A DNA stretch of 32,000 nt from an uncultured Actinomycetes bacterium (lineage in GTDB: Bacteria; Actinomycetota; Actinomycetes; S36-B12; CAIYMF01): assembly GCA_963843975.1 (NCBI GenBank), contig CAWJMG010000001.1, positions 990,001 to 1,022,000 of the forward strand. The letters run 5' to 3'. The notes beneath the pieces are model-generated. The model worked only from the letters and a program-made list of their open reading frames with translations, was not told the DNA's origin and made no database searches. Positions within the stretch are counted from its first letter, which is position 1; every line of letters begins with the position of its first letter. Made by a program: the position numbers and the translations under genes. Positions 1 to 9,147 of this stretch are shown in pieces.

Positions 1-1622
1 CGACGTCGTCCCCGGGCACACGGGCAAGGGCGCTGACTTCCGCCTCGCCACGATGAAGTACGGCGACTACACCGGGATCTACCACATGGTGGAGATCGCA
101 CCGGAGCACTGGGACCTGCTGCCCGAGATCCCCGACGGCCAGGACTCCGAGAACATCGGCACCGCCACCGAGGCAGAGCTGCGAGCAGCTCGGCTACATC
201 GTGGGGCAGATGCAGCGCGTCATCTTCGCGGCACCGGGGATCAAGGAGACCAACTGGAGCACGACCGGCCCCGTCCTCGGGGTCGACGGTGTCGAGCGCC
301 GCTGGGTCTACCTGCACTACTTCAAGGAGGGGCAGCCCTCGCTCAACTGGCTCGACCCCACCTTCGCCGCGGCGCGCCTCGTCGTCGGCGACGCGCTGCA
401 CTCCCTCGGCGACCTCGGCGCCGGCGCCCTGCGCCTGGACGCCAACGGATTCCTGGGCCTCGAGAAGACCACACCGGGCAACCCCGCATGGTCGGAGAAC
501 CACCCGCTGTCCGAGGCGGCGAACCACATGATCGCCGCGTCCGTGCGCAGCATGGGCGGCTTCACGTTCCAGGAGCTCAACCTCACGATCAACGACATCA
601 AGGCCAACTCGCTGCGCGGAGCCGACCTGTCGTACGACTTCGTGAACCGTCCGGCCTACCACCACGCGCTCGCGATGGCCGACACCGAGTTCCTTCGCCT
701 CACACTCAACGCGTCGCTGGCGATCGGCGTGCAGCCGGTGCAGCTCGTGCACGCGCTGCAGAACCACGACGAGCTCACGTACGAGCTCGTGCACTTCGAG
801 TCGGGCCACCGCCACGACCGCTTCGTGTTCCGCGGCCGCGACATCTCCGGCGAGCAGCTGGCGGGCGAGATCCGCGCCGACCTCGTCGAGCGGCTCACCG
901 GCGACGCCGGCCCGTACAACGCGCTCTTCACGACCAACGGCATCGCCTCGACCACCGCCACCGTGGTCACGGCGTCGCTCGGGATCGTCGACCTCAAGCG
1001 CATCACCAGCGACCAGGTCGCCGACGTCGTGAGCGCGCACATCCTGCTCGCGATGTTCAACGCGTGGCAGCCCGGCGTCTTCTGCCTGTCCGGCTGGGAC
1101 CTGGTCGGGGCTCTCACGCTGCCGCGCGAGGCCGTGGCCGAGCTGCTCGTGGAGGGCGACACCCGCTGGATCCACCGGTCCGCCTACGACCTCATGGGCT
1201 TCGACCCGGACCTCACGAGCTCGACGTCCGGCATCCCCAAGGGCCGGTCGCTGTACGGCACCCTGCCCGAGCAGCTCGCCGACGCGACGTCGTTCGCCTC
1301 GCGGCTCTCGGACGTCCTGGCGGTGCGCAGCGAGAACGGCATCGCCACCGGCGAGCAGCTCGACGTACCGCCGGTCGACCACCCGGGCGTGCTCGTCATG
1401 GTGCACACGCTCGACGGCACGACCGACCGCCAGATGACCGTGCTCAACTTCGGCCGCGAGGACGTCGTCACCCGCGTCACCTCGGCGAGCCTGTTCGAGG
1501 GCGCCCAGGTGATCGACATGCTCACCGGGGAGACGGTCGGTCGCGTGGACGCCGACCGCAGCGTGCCCGTGCCGCTCGGGCGCCTCTCGGGCCGCTCGCT
1601 GCGCCTCGTCGTCTCCGGCTAG
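1..1622 (+). pseudogene. GH13 alpha-amylase-family glycosidase/glucosyltransferase (TreS/amylosucrase-like), 5'-truncated by the window edge and interrupted by a +1 frameshift near 181-182
   Basis: Frame 2 from nt 2 reads [60 protein letters not shown] (GH13 DxxxxH region), then becomes Arg/Ala-rich junk. Frame 3 from 183 continues [15 protein letters not shown]...[16 protein letters not shown]...FTFQELN to TAG 1620-1622. The frames join if one base of GAGCTGC (176-182) is dropped. Confidence 0.8.
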
Positions 1623-1731
1623 GCCGTACGGGTCGTTCGTCCGTGTCGTGGGGCGACCTCAAGCCGCGGGCCGTCCGTGCCGAAGCCATCCTTGAGGCGT
1701 GTCACGAGGCGCGCCCTGAGACGGGGGCCCC

Positions 1732-2686
1732 GTGGACACGTTGGAGAGGGCGCCGGCAGCCGGGTGGTACGACGACGGCACCGGCCAGGTGCGCTGGTGG
1801 GACGGTGACGGCTGGACCGATCACGTCGCCCCCGCGTCCGCCGTACCCTCTGTGACCCCTGCCGCCACCGTCTCCGTCACCCCCGAGCCCGAGCCGGAGC
1901 CCGCGCCTGCCGCGGCGGCCGCGCCCGAGCCGCTGCGCCCCGGCGCGCCCGACCCCGTCCGCCCCGCGGCGGCCGCCCAGACCACCGCCGCCCAGACGGC
2001 CGCACCGTCGCCGTCGCCGTCGCCCTCTGCGGCTGGCAACGCGTTCCTGCCGGCGACGTCGTTCCTGCCCGAGACCACGAACCTGATCCCGGGAGTGGCT
2101 CCGACCGTCGCTCACATCACCAACCCCGACGAGGCCGCGGCCCGCTTCGGGTCGTCGACCCCCTCGACCTCGTCCCGCTTCGGCGCAGCCGGGGGCACGT
2201 TCTCGGCACCTCCGACGTCCGGCTCGTCCCGCTACGAGGGCGGCTCGCACAGCAAGGGCGGGCTCATCGCCCTGGCAGTGGTCGTCACCCTCGCCCTCGT
2301 CGGGATCGGCGTCTTCCGCTACATCAGCGGCCCGCCCAAGCCGGTCGCGACACCGGCGATCATCGCCGCAGCGGTCCCCACGCCGGCCACCAAGCTTCCC
2401 GGCCGGCTACACGGCCGACGGCCTCTCCGGCGGCTTCAAGGTCATGCCGCTGTCGTCGTGCGCGTCCGGCACGTCCTGCCGCACGATCAAGCTCGCGTCG
2501 CGCACGACCTGCAAGCGCCTCAGCGCCCTGGTGCTGTTCGCGACGGCGTCCGGCAACCGAGTCGGCAGCGACGTCGTCGCCGCCAAGAACGTCAAGGCCG
2601 GGAAGCCCGTGGCGCTGCTCGCCACGGTGCGCCCGAGCGGCGGCGAGACGGTCCGCGTCTCGAGCGTCGTCTGCCAGCAGTTCTAG
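1732..2686 (+). pseudogene. DUF2510-domain single-pass membrane protein, interrupted by a +1 frameshift near 2397-2400
   Basis: GTG 1732. N-terminal [21 protein letters not shown] (DUF2510 signature), Pro/Ala/Ser-rich linker, one TM helix (GGLIALAVVVTLALVGIGVF). After KLP (2392-2400) frame 1 turns into Arg-rich nonsense, while frame 2 continues AGYTADGLSGGFKVMPLSSCASGTSC...VVCQQF to TAG 2684-2686. Confidence 0.75.
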
Positions 2687-2732
2687 GGCCGCCGCGGGCT
2701 TCTGGCCCAGCGACGCGGCCGGCGTGCCGGAC

Positions 2733-3155
2733 CTACTGCTCGACCGGCGTCGGGTCGGAGCAGGCCCGCAGCTCGATCTGCGTGGCTGTCACGGTGTAGC
2801 GGCAGGTCTGCGTCGTGATCCCGGCGCCGGTGCCCGCGAACTTGTCCTGGGTGGAGTCGACCACCACCTCGACCTCGTCGGTGCCGCTCGCGCGATAGGT
2901 CGTGGTGATCGGGTCGCCCTCGGTCGTGGGCGCCTCGATGACGAGCGTCGTCATCGCCCCCGACGCCGTGCCCGCGGTGAAGCAGTCGAGCGCGTCCTTC
3001 GGCAACCCCTGGTCGCCGAGGCCCAGCCGGGCAGTGCCGCAGTCCGTCGTGGAGGGCGCCGGGGCGGCGACCTGCGACGTGCGCGCGGCGCAGCCTCCGA
3101 GCGCGGCCGTGGCGACGAGCGCGGCGATGACGATCGCGGACCTGGTCGTGCTCAT
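2733..3155 (-). CDS. Small secreted lipoprotein, function unknown
   Basis: 140-aa ORF with signal peptide and lipobox MSTTRSAIVIAALVATAALGGC. The mature part has protein-like composition with paired Cys residues. Confidence 0.75.
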   Translation of the reverse strand: MSTTRSAIVIAALVATAALGGCAARTSQVAAPAPSTTDCGTARLGLGDQGLPKDALDCFTAGTASGAMTTLVIEAPTTEGDPITTTYRASGTDEVEVVVDSTQDKFAGTGAGITTQTCRYTVTATQIELRACSDPTPVEQ

Positions 3156-3283
3156 GGCGGCTCCCCATCTCGACGGTCACGGCTCGGACGCCGTCCCGGC
3201 GACGGTGGTTCCGCGTCCGGCGTGCGCCGTGCCAGGGTCCGCTCCGCGTACGCTCGGGCTCACCACGACGTCGAGGGGACGAC

Positions 3284-3736
3284 ATGGACCACGCAGAACT
3301 CGCCGCTGCTGTGCTGGACGACGGCGGAGGCGCGCCCGCGTGGCTCGTCGCGTTCGTCCTCGTCGCGCTGAGCAGCGGCATCGGCTGGTGGTTCACCCGG
3401 CTCAGCCGCGGGGGCCGCGGCGCCAGGCCGTCCAGGGCTCAGCGGTCGAAGAAGTACCGCGCCCTCACCGAGGACGACGCGGTAGCCGCGACCCTGGCCG
3501 CGGCGGCCGCACCGGTCGAGCCGTGGACCGACCGGGTGGTGGAGCCCGTCGTGGCCGCCGTGCCCGACGTGAGCGAGGACGGCCGCACGCTGGCGCAGCG
3601 CCTCGACGAGCTCGACAACGCCCTGAACACGGGCAAGCTCAGCGCCGACGAGCACCGCATGCTGCGCGCCGCCCTGCTCGAGGGCTTCCCCGGCGGCTGG
3701 ACCCGCCCCGGCCCCGTCCCGCCGCCGACGCAGTAG
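3284..3736 (+). CDS. Membrane protein with C-terminal SHOCT-like domain
   Basis: 150-aa ORF with one TM (WLVAFVLVALSSGIGWWF). The C-terminal LDELDNALNTGKLSADEHRMLRAALLEG matches the SHOCT pattern (LxxLxxxGxLoxxEYxxxoxxLL). Confidence 0.65.
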   Translation: MDHAELAAAVLDDGGGAPAWLVAFVLVALSSGIGWWFTRLSRGGRGARPSRAQRSKKYRALTEDDAVAATLAAAAAPVEPWTDRVVEPVVAAVPDVSEDGRTLAQRLDELDNALNTGKLSADEHRMLRAALLEGFPGGWTRPGPVPPPTQ

Positions 3737-3864
3737 CGCCGCTGCGAGGTGCCCCGACCGGTCGCGGCGGGCGGCGCGGTCGGTGAGTGGTACTCGTTTC
3801 GCACGCTCGGGCGTCCGTTTCGACTACCCCTTCGGCCGTCGCAGCCGGAGTCGACCGTGCGGTG

Positions 3865-4677
3865 TCAGTCGCGGTCGAGGTAGGCGAGCTGAGCCAGTAC
3901 CGAGAGGTGCGCGGCCGGCCAGACCTCGCGGGGCACGTCGGCGTAGACGACCTCGACGACGTCGTCCGCGGTGACAGCGCCGCCGGCGAGCGCGGCGCGC
4001 ACCTGGTCGAGCCGCGCGTGCCGGTGCTGCTCGTACGCCGTCACCGCACCGACGGGATCCACGAGCGCCGGGCCGTGGCCCGGGAGCACGTGCGACGCCG
4101 ACGTCTCCTCGGCGACGAGGCGCAGGCGGTGCAGGGAGTGCAGATAGTCGGCGAGGCGGCCGTCGGGGTGCGCGACGACGGTGGTGCCGCGGCCGAGGAC
4201 GGTGTCGCCGGTGAGGAGCGCACCGTCGTTGCGCAGGTGGAACGACAGCGAGTCGGCGGTGTGGCCCGGCGTGCCGACCACACCGATCTCGAGGCCGCCG
4301 ACGGAGACGACGTCGCCGTCGACGACGCCCTCGTCGCCGAGGCGGTGCGCGGGGTCGAGCGCGGCGACGGGCGCGTGCACGCGTGCGGCGAAGGCGGCAG
4401 CACCCTCGGCGTGGTCGGGGTGGCCGTGGGTGAGGAGCACACGTACGACGCGCGCACCGTCGAGCGCGGCCTCGATGGCGTCGAGGTGGGAGGGCAGGTC
4501 AGGGCCCGGGTCGACGACGACGGCGACCTGCTCGCCGGGCACCCGCAGCACCCAGGTGTTGGTGCCGTCGAGCGTCATGGGGCTGGCGTTGCCGGCGAGG
4601 ACGCAGAGCGCCGACGGCGTGACCGAGCCGCCGGTCCACGGGCCGTCGCCGCCGAGCGGCAGGAGACCGCCGCTCAT
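3865..4677 (-). CDS. MBL-fold metallo-hydrolase (Rv3677c-like)
   Basis: ATG at 4677 (MSGGLLPLGG...). HxHxDH motif LLTHGHPDHAEG, later GTPGHTADS and LPGHG. Its ATG overlaps the stop of the upstream NUDIX gene (ATGA at 4674-4677). Confidence 0.9.
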   Translation of the reverse strand: MSGGLLPLGGDGPWTGGSVTPSALCVLAGNASPMTLDGTNTWVLRVPGEQVAVVVDPGPDLPSHLDAIEAALDGARVVRVLLTHGHPDHAEGAAAFAARVHAPVAALDPAHRLGDEGVVDGDVVSVGGLEIGVVGTPGHTADSLSFHLRNDGALLTGDTVLGRGTTVVAHPDGRLADYLHSLHRLRLVAEETSASHVLPGHGPALVDPVGAVTAYEQHRHARLDQVRAALAGGAVTADDVVEVVYADVPREVWPAAHLSVLAQLAYLDRD

Positions 4678-5528
4678 CGCCCGGTCCCGTCCGTCTCGCT
4701 GGCGTGCGGCTCGTCGACGCCGGCCACGACCTCGCGGGTGCGGTCGTGCACCAGCCGCCACTCGAGCCGGTCGTCGACGAGGAACGGAGCGGGCAGGAGG
4801 GGTACGACGTGCAGCCGGCGCAGGGCCGGCAGCGCGACCTCGACCGTGGGGTGCCGGCCGATCTCGGCGAGCGTCGCGATCGTCGGCGGCAGCATCGCCG
4901 TCTCGCCGCGCTCGAACGACGCGAGCGCGTCCGCCGGCCGCCACCACGCGACGCGGTCGGCCTCGCCGCCGCGCTCGGTGGCCTCCTGGCGGTCGGGCAG
5001 CCGCGCGGCGAGGAAGCGGGTGTCGTACCGGCGGTCCTCGACCTCGGGAGTCACCCAGTGCGCGAAGGGCACGAGCGCCTCGCCGTCCACGCGCAGGCCG
5101 CGCGAGCGCAGGAGGTCGGCGAAGAGCAGCCGCCCGGCGTCGAGCGCCTCGCGCTCGGCCTCGAAGGAGTCGTCGAGCAGCACCTGGCGGCCGTCCTCGT
5201 CGACGGCCAGGAGGACGCCGGACTCCTCGAACGTCTCACGCGCTGCGGCTGCGACCACAGCGATCGGGTCGTCGGTCGAGAGGCGTCGGGCGACGTCGTC
5301 GAGGTCCGTCGTGGCCGTGACGGGCACGAGAGAGTCGGACGTCTCGACGGCACCGCCCGGGTAGACGTGCATCCCGGCGGCGAAGGCCATCGAGCGCTGA
5401 CGCCGCATGAGGAAGACCTCGATGCCGGCGTCGGTGTCGCGCAGCAGAGCGATCGTGGCGGCGTCGCGCACCGGGACGGACGCAGGGTCCTCCTCGCCGC
5501 GCGCGATCCGCTCGGCCCGCTCGCGCAT
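4674..5528 (-). CDS. NUDIX hydrolase
   Basis: ATG 5528 (MRERAERIARGEE...). Nudix-box remnant PGGAVE...AAARETFEESGVLL. Stop overlaps the MBL start. The start is uncertain, since the ORF is open further upstream into the RidA stop. Confidence 0.8.
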   Translation of the reverse strand: MRERAERIARGEEDPASVPVRDAATIALLRDTDAGIEVFLMRRQRSMAFAAGMHVYPGGAVETSDSLVPVTATTDLDDVARRLSTDDPIAVVAAAARETFEESGVLLAVDEDGRQVLLDDSFEAEREALDAGRLLFADLLRSRGLRVDGEALVPFAHWVTPEVEDRRYDTRFLAARLPDRQEATERGGEADRVAWWRPADALASFERGETAMLPPTIATLAEIGRHPTVEVALPALRRLHVVPLLPAPFLVDDRLEWRLVHDRTREVVAGVDEPHASETDGTGR

Positions 5529-5560
5529 CCGCGCAGGCAGGCCGGCGAGCGCCTCCCCAG

Positions 5561-6025
5561 TCAGTCGGCGACCTCGAAGACGGCCTCGACCTCGACGGCG
5601 GCGTCGAGCGGCAGCGACGCGACGCCGACGGCGGAGCGCGCGTGCACGCCGCGCTCGCCGAAGGCCGCGCCGAACAGCTCGCTCGCGCCGTTGATGACGC
5701 CGGGGGCGCCGGTGAACTCGGGCACGCACGCGACGAACCCGACCACCTTGACCACGCGGGTCACCTTGTCGAGGTCGCCGATGACGGACTTCAGCGCGGC
5801 GATGGCGTTGAGCGCCGACGCCTGCGCGAGCTCCTTGGCCTGCTCGGGCGTGACGTCGGCGCCGACCTTGCCCGTCTGGGCCATCGCGCCGGCCACCATC
5901 GGCAGCTGGCCCGAGACGTAGACGTACGAGCCCGTGCGCACGGCAGGGGTGTACGCCGCGACCGGCGGGACCACGTCGGGGACGGTGAGGTCGAGCGCGG
6001 CGAGGCGCTCCTCGACAGCAGACAT
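5561..6025 (-). CDS. RidA/YjgF/L-PSP family reactive-intermediate deaminase
   Basis: 154-aa product MSAVEERLAALDLTVPDVVPPVAAYTPAVRTGSYVYVSGQLP...RSAVGVASLPLDAAVEVEAVFEVAD, a typical RidA fold sequence. ATG at 6025. Confidence 0.9.
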   Translation of the reverse strand: MSAVEERLAALDLTVPDVVPPVAAYTPAVRTGSYVYVSGQLPMVAGAMAQTGKVGADVTPEQAKELAQASALNAIAALKSVIGDLDKVTRVVKVVGFVACVPEFTGAPGVINGASELFGAAFGERGVHARSAVGVASLPLDAAVEVEAVFEVAD

Positions 6026-6030
6026 GCTGA

Positions 6031-6186
6031 TCAGCCCTTCGGACGCTTCAGGTAGGCGACGTAGTTCTCGGCGTTCGGGCCGGGCACCACCTGGACGAGC
6101 TCCCAGCCGTCCTGGCCCCATGTGTCGAGGATCTGCTTGGTCGCATGGATGAGCAGAGGAACGGTCGCGTACTCCCACTGGGTCAT
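6031..6186 (-). CDS. DUF4177-domain small protein (Rv3678A-like)
   Basis: Not in the ORF track because it is too short; hand translation of the minus strand gives MTQWEYATVPLLIHATKQILDTWGQDGWELVQVVPGPNAENYVAYLKRPKG (51 aa). ATG 6186, TGA 6031-6033, 5 nt upstream of the RidA start. Confidence 0.75.
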   Translation of the reverse strand: MTQWEYATVPLLIHATKQILDTWGQDGWELVQVVPGPNAENYVAYLKRPKG

Positions 6187-6261
6187 GGCCTGACCCTAGG
6201 GGGTGAGGTGTCCGTCGTCACCGGGACTGCTGCTCGGCGGGTACGGCGGCCCCGCGGCCCG

Positions 6262-6267
6262 TAGTGT
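6262..6267 (+). promoter_or_regulatory. Candidate -10 hexamer TAGTGT for a leaderless ArsA-like operon transcript
   Basis: TAGTGT (TANNNT class) lies exactly 7 nt upstream of GTG 6275, with no Shine-Dalgarno in between. This is the geometry of actinobacterial leaderless mRNAs. Confidence 0.3.
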
Positions 6268-6274
6268 CGGGGCC

Positions 6275-7316
6275 GTGACCGCGACCCCGGGCGACGCCGC
6301 CCCCGACTGGACCGGCGTCCGTCTCCACGTCGTCTCCGGCAAGGGCGGAACCGGGAAGACGACGGTCGCGGCGGCGCTCGCCCTCGCGCTCGCGCACGAT
6401 GGGCGCAAGGTGCTCGTGGTCGAGGTCGAGGGCCGTCAGGGCCTCTCCCAGATCTACGACGTACCACCCCTCCCCTACGCCGAGCGCAAGGTGGCGACGG
6501 CCCCCGGCGGCGGCGAGGTCTTCGCGCTCGCGATCGACCCCGAGGAGGCCCTCCTCGAGTACCTCGAGATGTTCTACAACCTGCGCCGGGCGGGCACCGC
6601 CCTGCGCCGCATGGGCGCGATCGACTTCGCCACCACCATCGCCCCCGGCGTCCGCGACGTCCTGCTGACCGGCAAGGCGAAGGAGGCGGTACGCCGCAAG
6701 AACGGCAGCAAGCACGTGTACGACGCCGTCGTGATGGACGCGCCGCCCACGGGCCGCATCGCCCGCTTCCTCAACGTCAACTCCGAGGTCGCCGGCCTCG
6801 CCCGCACCGGGCCCATCCGGTCGCAGGCCGACGCGGTCATGGACGTCATCGCCTCGCCGCTCACCGCGGTGCACCTGGTGACGCTGCTCGAGGAGATGCC
6901 GGTGCAGGAGACGGCCGACGCCGTCCTCGAGCTGCACGCGGTCGAAGCTGCCGGTCGGCGGCATCGTCGTGAACCAGATGCGCCGCCCGCTGCTGCCGGC
7001 GAACGCGCAGGCCAAGGCGCGCAAGGGCCGCCTCGACAAGGCCGCGATCGCGCACGACCTCGCAGCGTCCGGCGTCGTGTCCGGCAGCGGTGCTCTCATC
7101 GGGTCGCACGGCGGCGTCCTCGTCGACGACGTCGTCCGCGCCCTCGCGGTCGAAGGGGCCGAGCACGCCGAGCGCGTCGCGCTCGAGACCCGCGAGCGCG
7201 ACAACCTCGAGGTGCTCGAGCGTCCGACGTACGAGCTGCCGTTCCTCGCGGACGGCGTCGACGTCGGCACCCTCTACGAGCTCGCCGACCTGCTCCGGGA
7301 GCAGGGCATGGCATGA
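6275..7316 (+). pseudogene. ArsA/Get3-like P-loop ATPase 1 (Rv3679-like), interrupted by a +1 frameshift between 6934 and 6950
   Basis: VTATPGDAAPDWTGVRLHVVSGKGGTGKTTVAAALALALA (deviant Walker A) ...DAPPTGRIARFL...LLEEMPVQETADAVLEL in frame 2. After that only frame 3 stays protein-like (KLPVGGIVVNQMRRPLLPA...LADLLREQGMA, TGA 7314-7316). The start could also be GTG 6203. Confidence 0.85.
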
Positions 7317-8479
7317 GCACCTTCACGCGCGAGGTCGTCCCTCGCTCGCCCGTCCTCGACATCGACGCCCTGCTCGACGACCGCGGAATCCGCGTCCTCG
7401 TCTGCTGCGGATCGGGCGGCGTCGGCAAGACGACGACCGCCGCGGCGCTCGGTCTGCGCGCGGCCGAGCGCGGGCGCAGCGTCGTCGTCCTCACGATCGA
7501 CCCGGCCCGGCGGCTCGCGCAGAGCCTCGGGCTGACCGAGCTCGACAACGACCCGCGGCCGGTCGACGGCGTCGACGGCACCGGCACGCTCGACGCGATG
7601 ATGCTGGACATGAAGCGGACGTTCGACGAGTTCGTCGAGTCCAACGCAGACCCCGAGCGGGCGGCGACGATCATCTCCAATCCGTTCTACCAGTCGCTGT
7701 CGAGCTCGTTCGCGGGCACGCAGGAGTACATGGCGATGGAGAAGCTCGGCCAGCTCCGGGCCCGCTCGGAGGCCGAGGGCCGCTGGGACCTCGTCATCGT
7801 CGACACCCCGCCGTCGCGCTCGGCGCTCGACTTCCTCGACGCGCCGCGGCGCCTCGGGTCCTTCCTCGACGGCCGGTTCCTGCGCATCCTCGCCGCGCCC
7901 GCGAAGGCCGGCGGCCGCGCCTACATGAAGGTGATCAGCGCCGGGTTCGGAGTGTTCACCAACGTGCTCTCGCGGGTCATCGGCGGCCAGGTGCTCACCG
8001 ACATCCAGACCTTCGTCGGATCGGTCGACACGCTCTTCGGCGGCTTCCGCCAGCGCGCGGACGAGACGTTCCACATGCTGCAGGCGCCGGACACCGCGTT
8101 CCTCGTGGTGGCTGCTCCCGAGCGTGATGCGCTGCGCGAGGCGTCGTACTTCGTCGAGCGGCTCGAGAGCGAGAAGATGCCGCTCGCCGGTCTCGTGCTC
8201 AACCGGGTGCAGACGACGACGGTCCCCGAGCTGGACGTCGCGATGGCGACGGCGGCCGCGGCTCGGCTCGAGGCGCAGTCGGGCACCTCGGTGACGGCGG
8301 CTCTCCTGCGGATCCACGCCGACCGGGTCGCCACGCTGAACCGCCAGCGGCGGATGGCGGAGCGGTTCACGTCGGTGCACCGCACGATCGAGGTCGCGAC
8401 GGTGCCCGTCATGCCGGCGGACGTGGTCGACCTCGACGGTCTGCGGCAGGTCGGCCAGGCCCTGGCGGACCGGCTCTAG
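7313..8479 (+). CDS. ArsA/Get3-like P-loop ATPase 2 (Rv3680-like)
   Basis: ATG 7313 overlaps the upstream stop (ATGA). MSTFTREV...VLVCCGSGGVGKTTTAAALGL (Walker A), LTIDPARRLAQSLGL, DLVIVDTPPSRSALDFLDAP. Confidence 0.9.
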   Translation: MSTFTREVVPRSPVLDIDALLDDRGIRVLVCCGSGGVGKTTTAAALGLRAAERGRSVVVLTIDPARRLAQSLGLTELDNDPRPVDGVDGTGTLDAMMLDMKRTFDEFVESNADPERAATIISNPFYQSLSSSFAGTQEYMAMEKLGQLRARSEAEGRWDLVIVDTPPSRSALDFLDAPRRLGSFLDGRFLRILAAPAKAGGRAYMKVISAGFGVFTNVLSRVIGGQVLTDIQTFVGSVDTLFGGFRQRADETFHMLQAPDTAFLVVAAPERDALREASYFVERLESEKMPLAGLVLNRVQTTTVPELDVAMATAAAARLEAQSGTSVTAALLRIHADRVATLNRQRRMAERFTSVHRTIEVATVPVMPADVVDLDGLRQVGQALADRL

Positions 8480-8494
8480 CCGGATCTCCCGGGC

Positions 8495-8815
8495 TCAGCC
8501 GGCGACCCGGGCCTCGGTGAGGTCGATGAGCGACGCCGAGGTGCCGTACTCCTCGCGCGCGGTCTCGAGCAGACGCCGCCAGCTCGTCACCTGGGGTCGG
8601 CGGCGCAGCAGGGCCCGGCGCTCGCGCTCAGTCATGCCGCCCCACACGCCGAACTCGATGCGGTTGTCCAGGGCGTCCGCGAGGCACTCGGTGCGCACGG
8701 GGCACGCGAGGCAGATCGCCTTGGCGCGGTTCTGGGCCGCCCCCTGCACGAACAGCGCGTCCGGGTCGCTCGCGCGACATGCCGCCGTTGTGGTCCAGTC
8801 CGTGGTCCAGGTCAT
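8495..8815 (-). CDS. whiB4: WhiB-family Fe-S transcription factor, WhiB4-type
   Basis: 106 aa with the four-Cys pattern C-x(n)-CxxCxxxxxC (AACRASDPDALFVQGAAQNRAKAICLACPVRTECLADALDNRIEFGVWGGMTERERRALL). As I recall it, this closely parallels Mtb WhiB4 (LFVRGAAQRKAAVICRHCPV...DALDNKVEFGVWGGMTERQRRALL). It is divergent from a class A PBP, as whiB4/ponA2 are in Mtb. Confidence 0.85.
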   Translation of the reverse strand: MTWTTDWTTTAACRASDPDALFVQGAAQNRAKAICLACPVRTECLADALDNRIEFGVWGGMTERERRALLRRRPQVTSWRRLLETAREEYGTSASLIDLTEARVAG

Positions 8816-9025
8816 CTGGTGGACTCAACCTCCCCCTGCTTCGACGGGTAGCGAGTGCCCCCGACCGGTTGCTCCGTGCGCGTGCTGCGACCGGAGGATG
8901 TCCCGACCTCGGGCCTCACCGACGCAGGTTGTGCGCCGACGGGGGCGACGCTACGCACGAGGGCAGAAACCGGGCAGGCTAGGACGGGCCATCTCTGATA
9001 GTCATATTGTGTCATGGACGTGGGT

Positions 9026-9056
9026 CCGGTGAGCCACCGGACGGGTGAGCCACCCG
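9026..9056. promoter_or_regulatory. Two adjacent 15-bp palindromes, CCGGTGAGCCACCGG and CGGGTGAGCCACCCG, in the whiB4/PBP divergent intergenic region
   Basis: 9026-9040 and 9042-9056. Each has 6-bp inverted arms around AGC. The core GGTGAGCCACC recurs with a 16-nt period, and a third partial GTGAGC sits at 9056-9061. They lie about 90-120 nt upstream of the PBP ATG (9148), next to an AT-rich patch (8991-9017). Confidence 0.35.
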
Positions 9057-9147
9057 TGAGCGAGGAGTGCCCGACGGGCCCCCGCAGGGGAACCCCGGCG
9101 AGCCAGGAGACGTCCCACCGGTATCAGCCGCCTATCCTCGACAGGCC

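Noticed and set aside
53-1855. 600-aa ORF overlapping the GH13 gene in another frame
   Set aside because: Only its first ~43 codons (to about nt 181) are protein-like, and these belong to the GH13 gene before its frameshift. The rest is extremely Arg/Pro/Gly/Ala-rich, typical of an off-frame read of high-GC coding DNA.
1860-2040. Microsatellite-like GAGCCC/TCGCCG repeats
   Set aside because: They encode the PEPEPEP / SPSPSPS linker of the DUF2510 protein, so this is compositional low complexity within a CDS. The similar Ser/Pro/Thr tail of the PBP (11215-11378) is rejected for the same reason.
6275-8479. ArsA-like ATPase pair as an arsenic-resistance operon
   Set aside because: No arsB/ACR3, arsC, arsR or arsD is in the window. 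The pair sits in a deeply conserved whiB4/ponA neighbourhood, and the two genes are separate single-domain ATPases rather than the duplicated ArsA.
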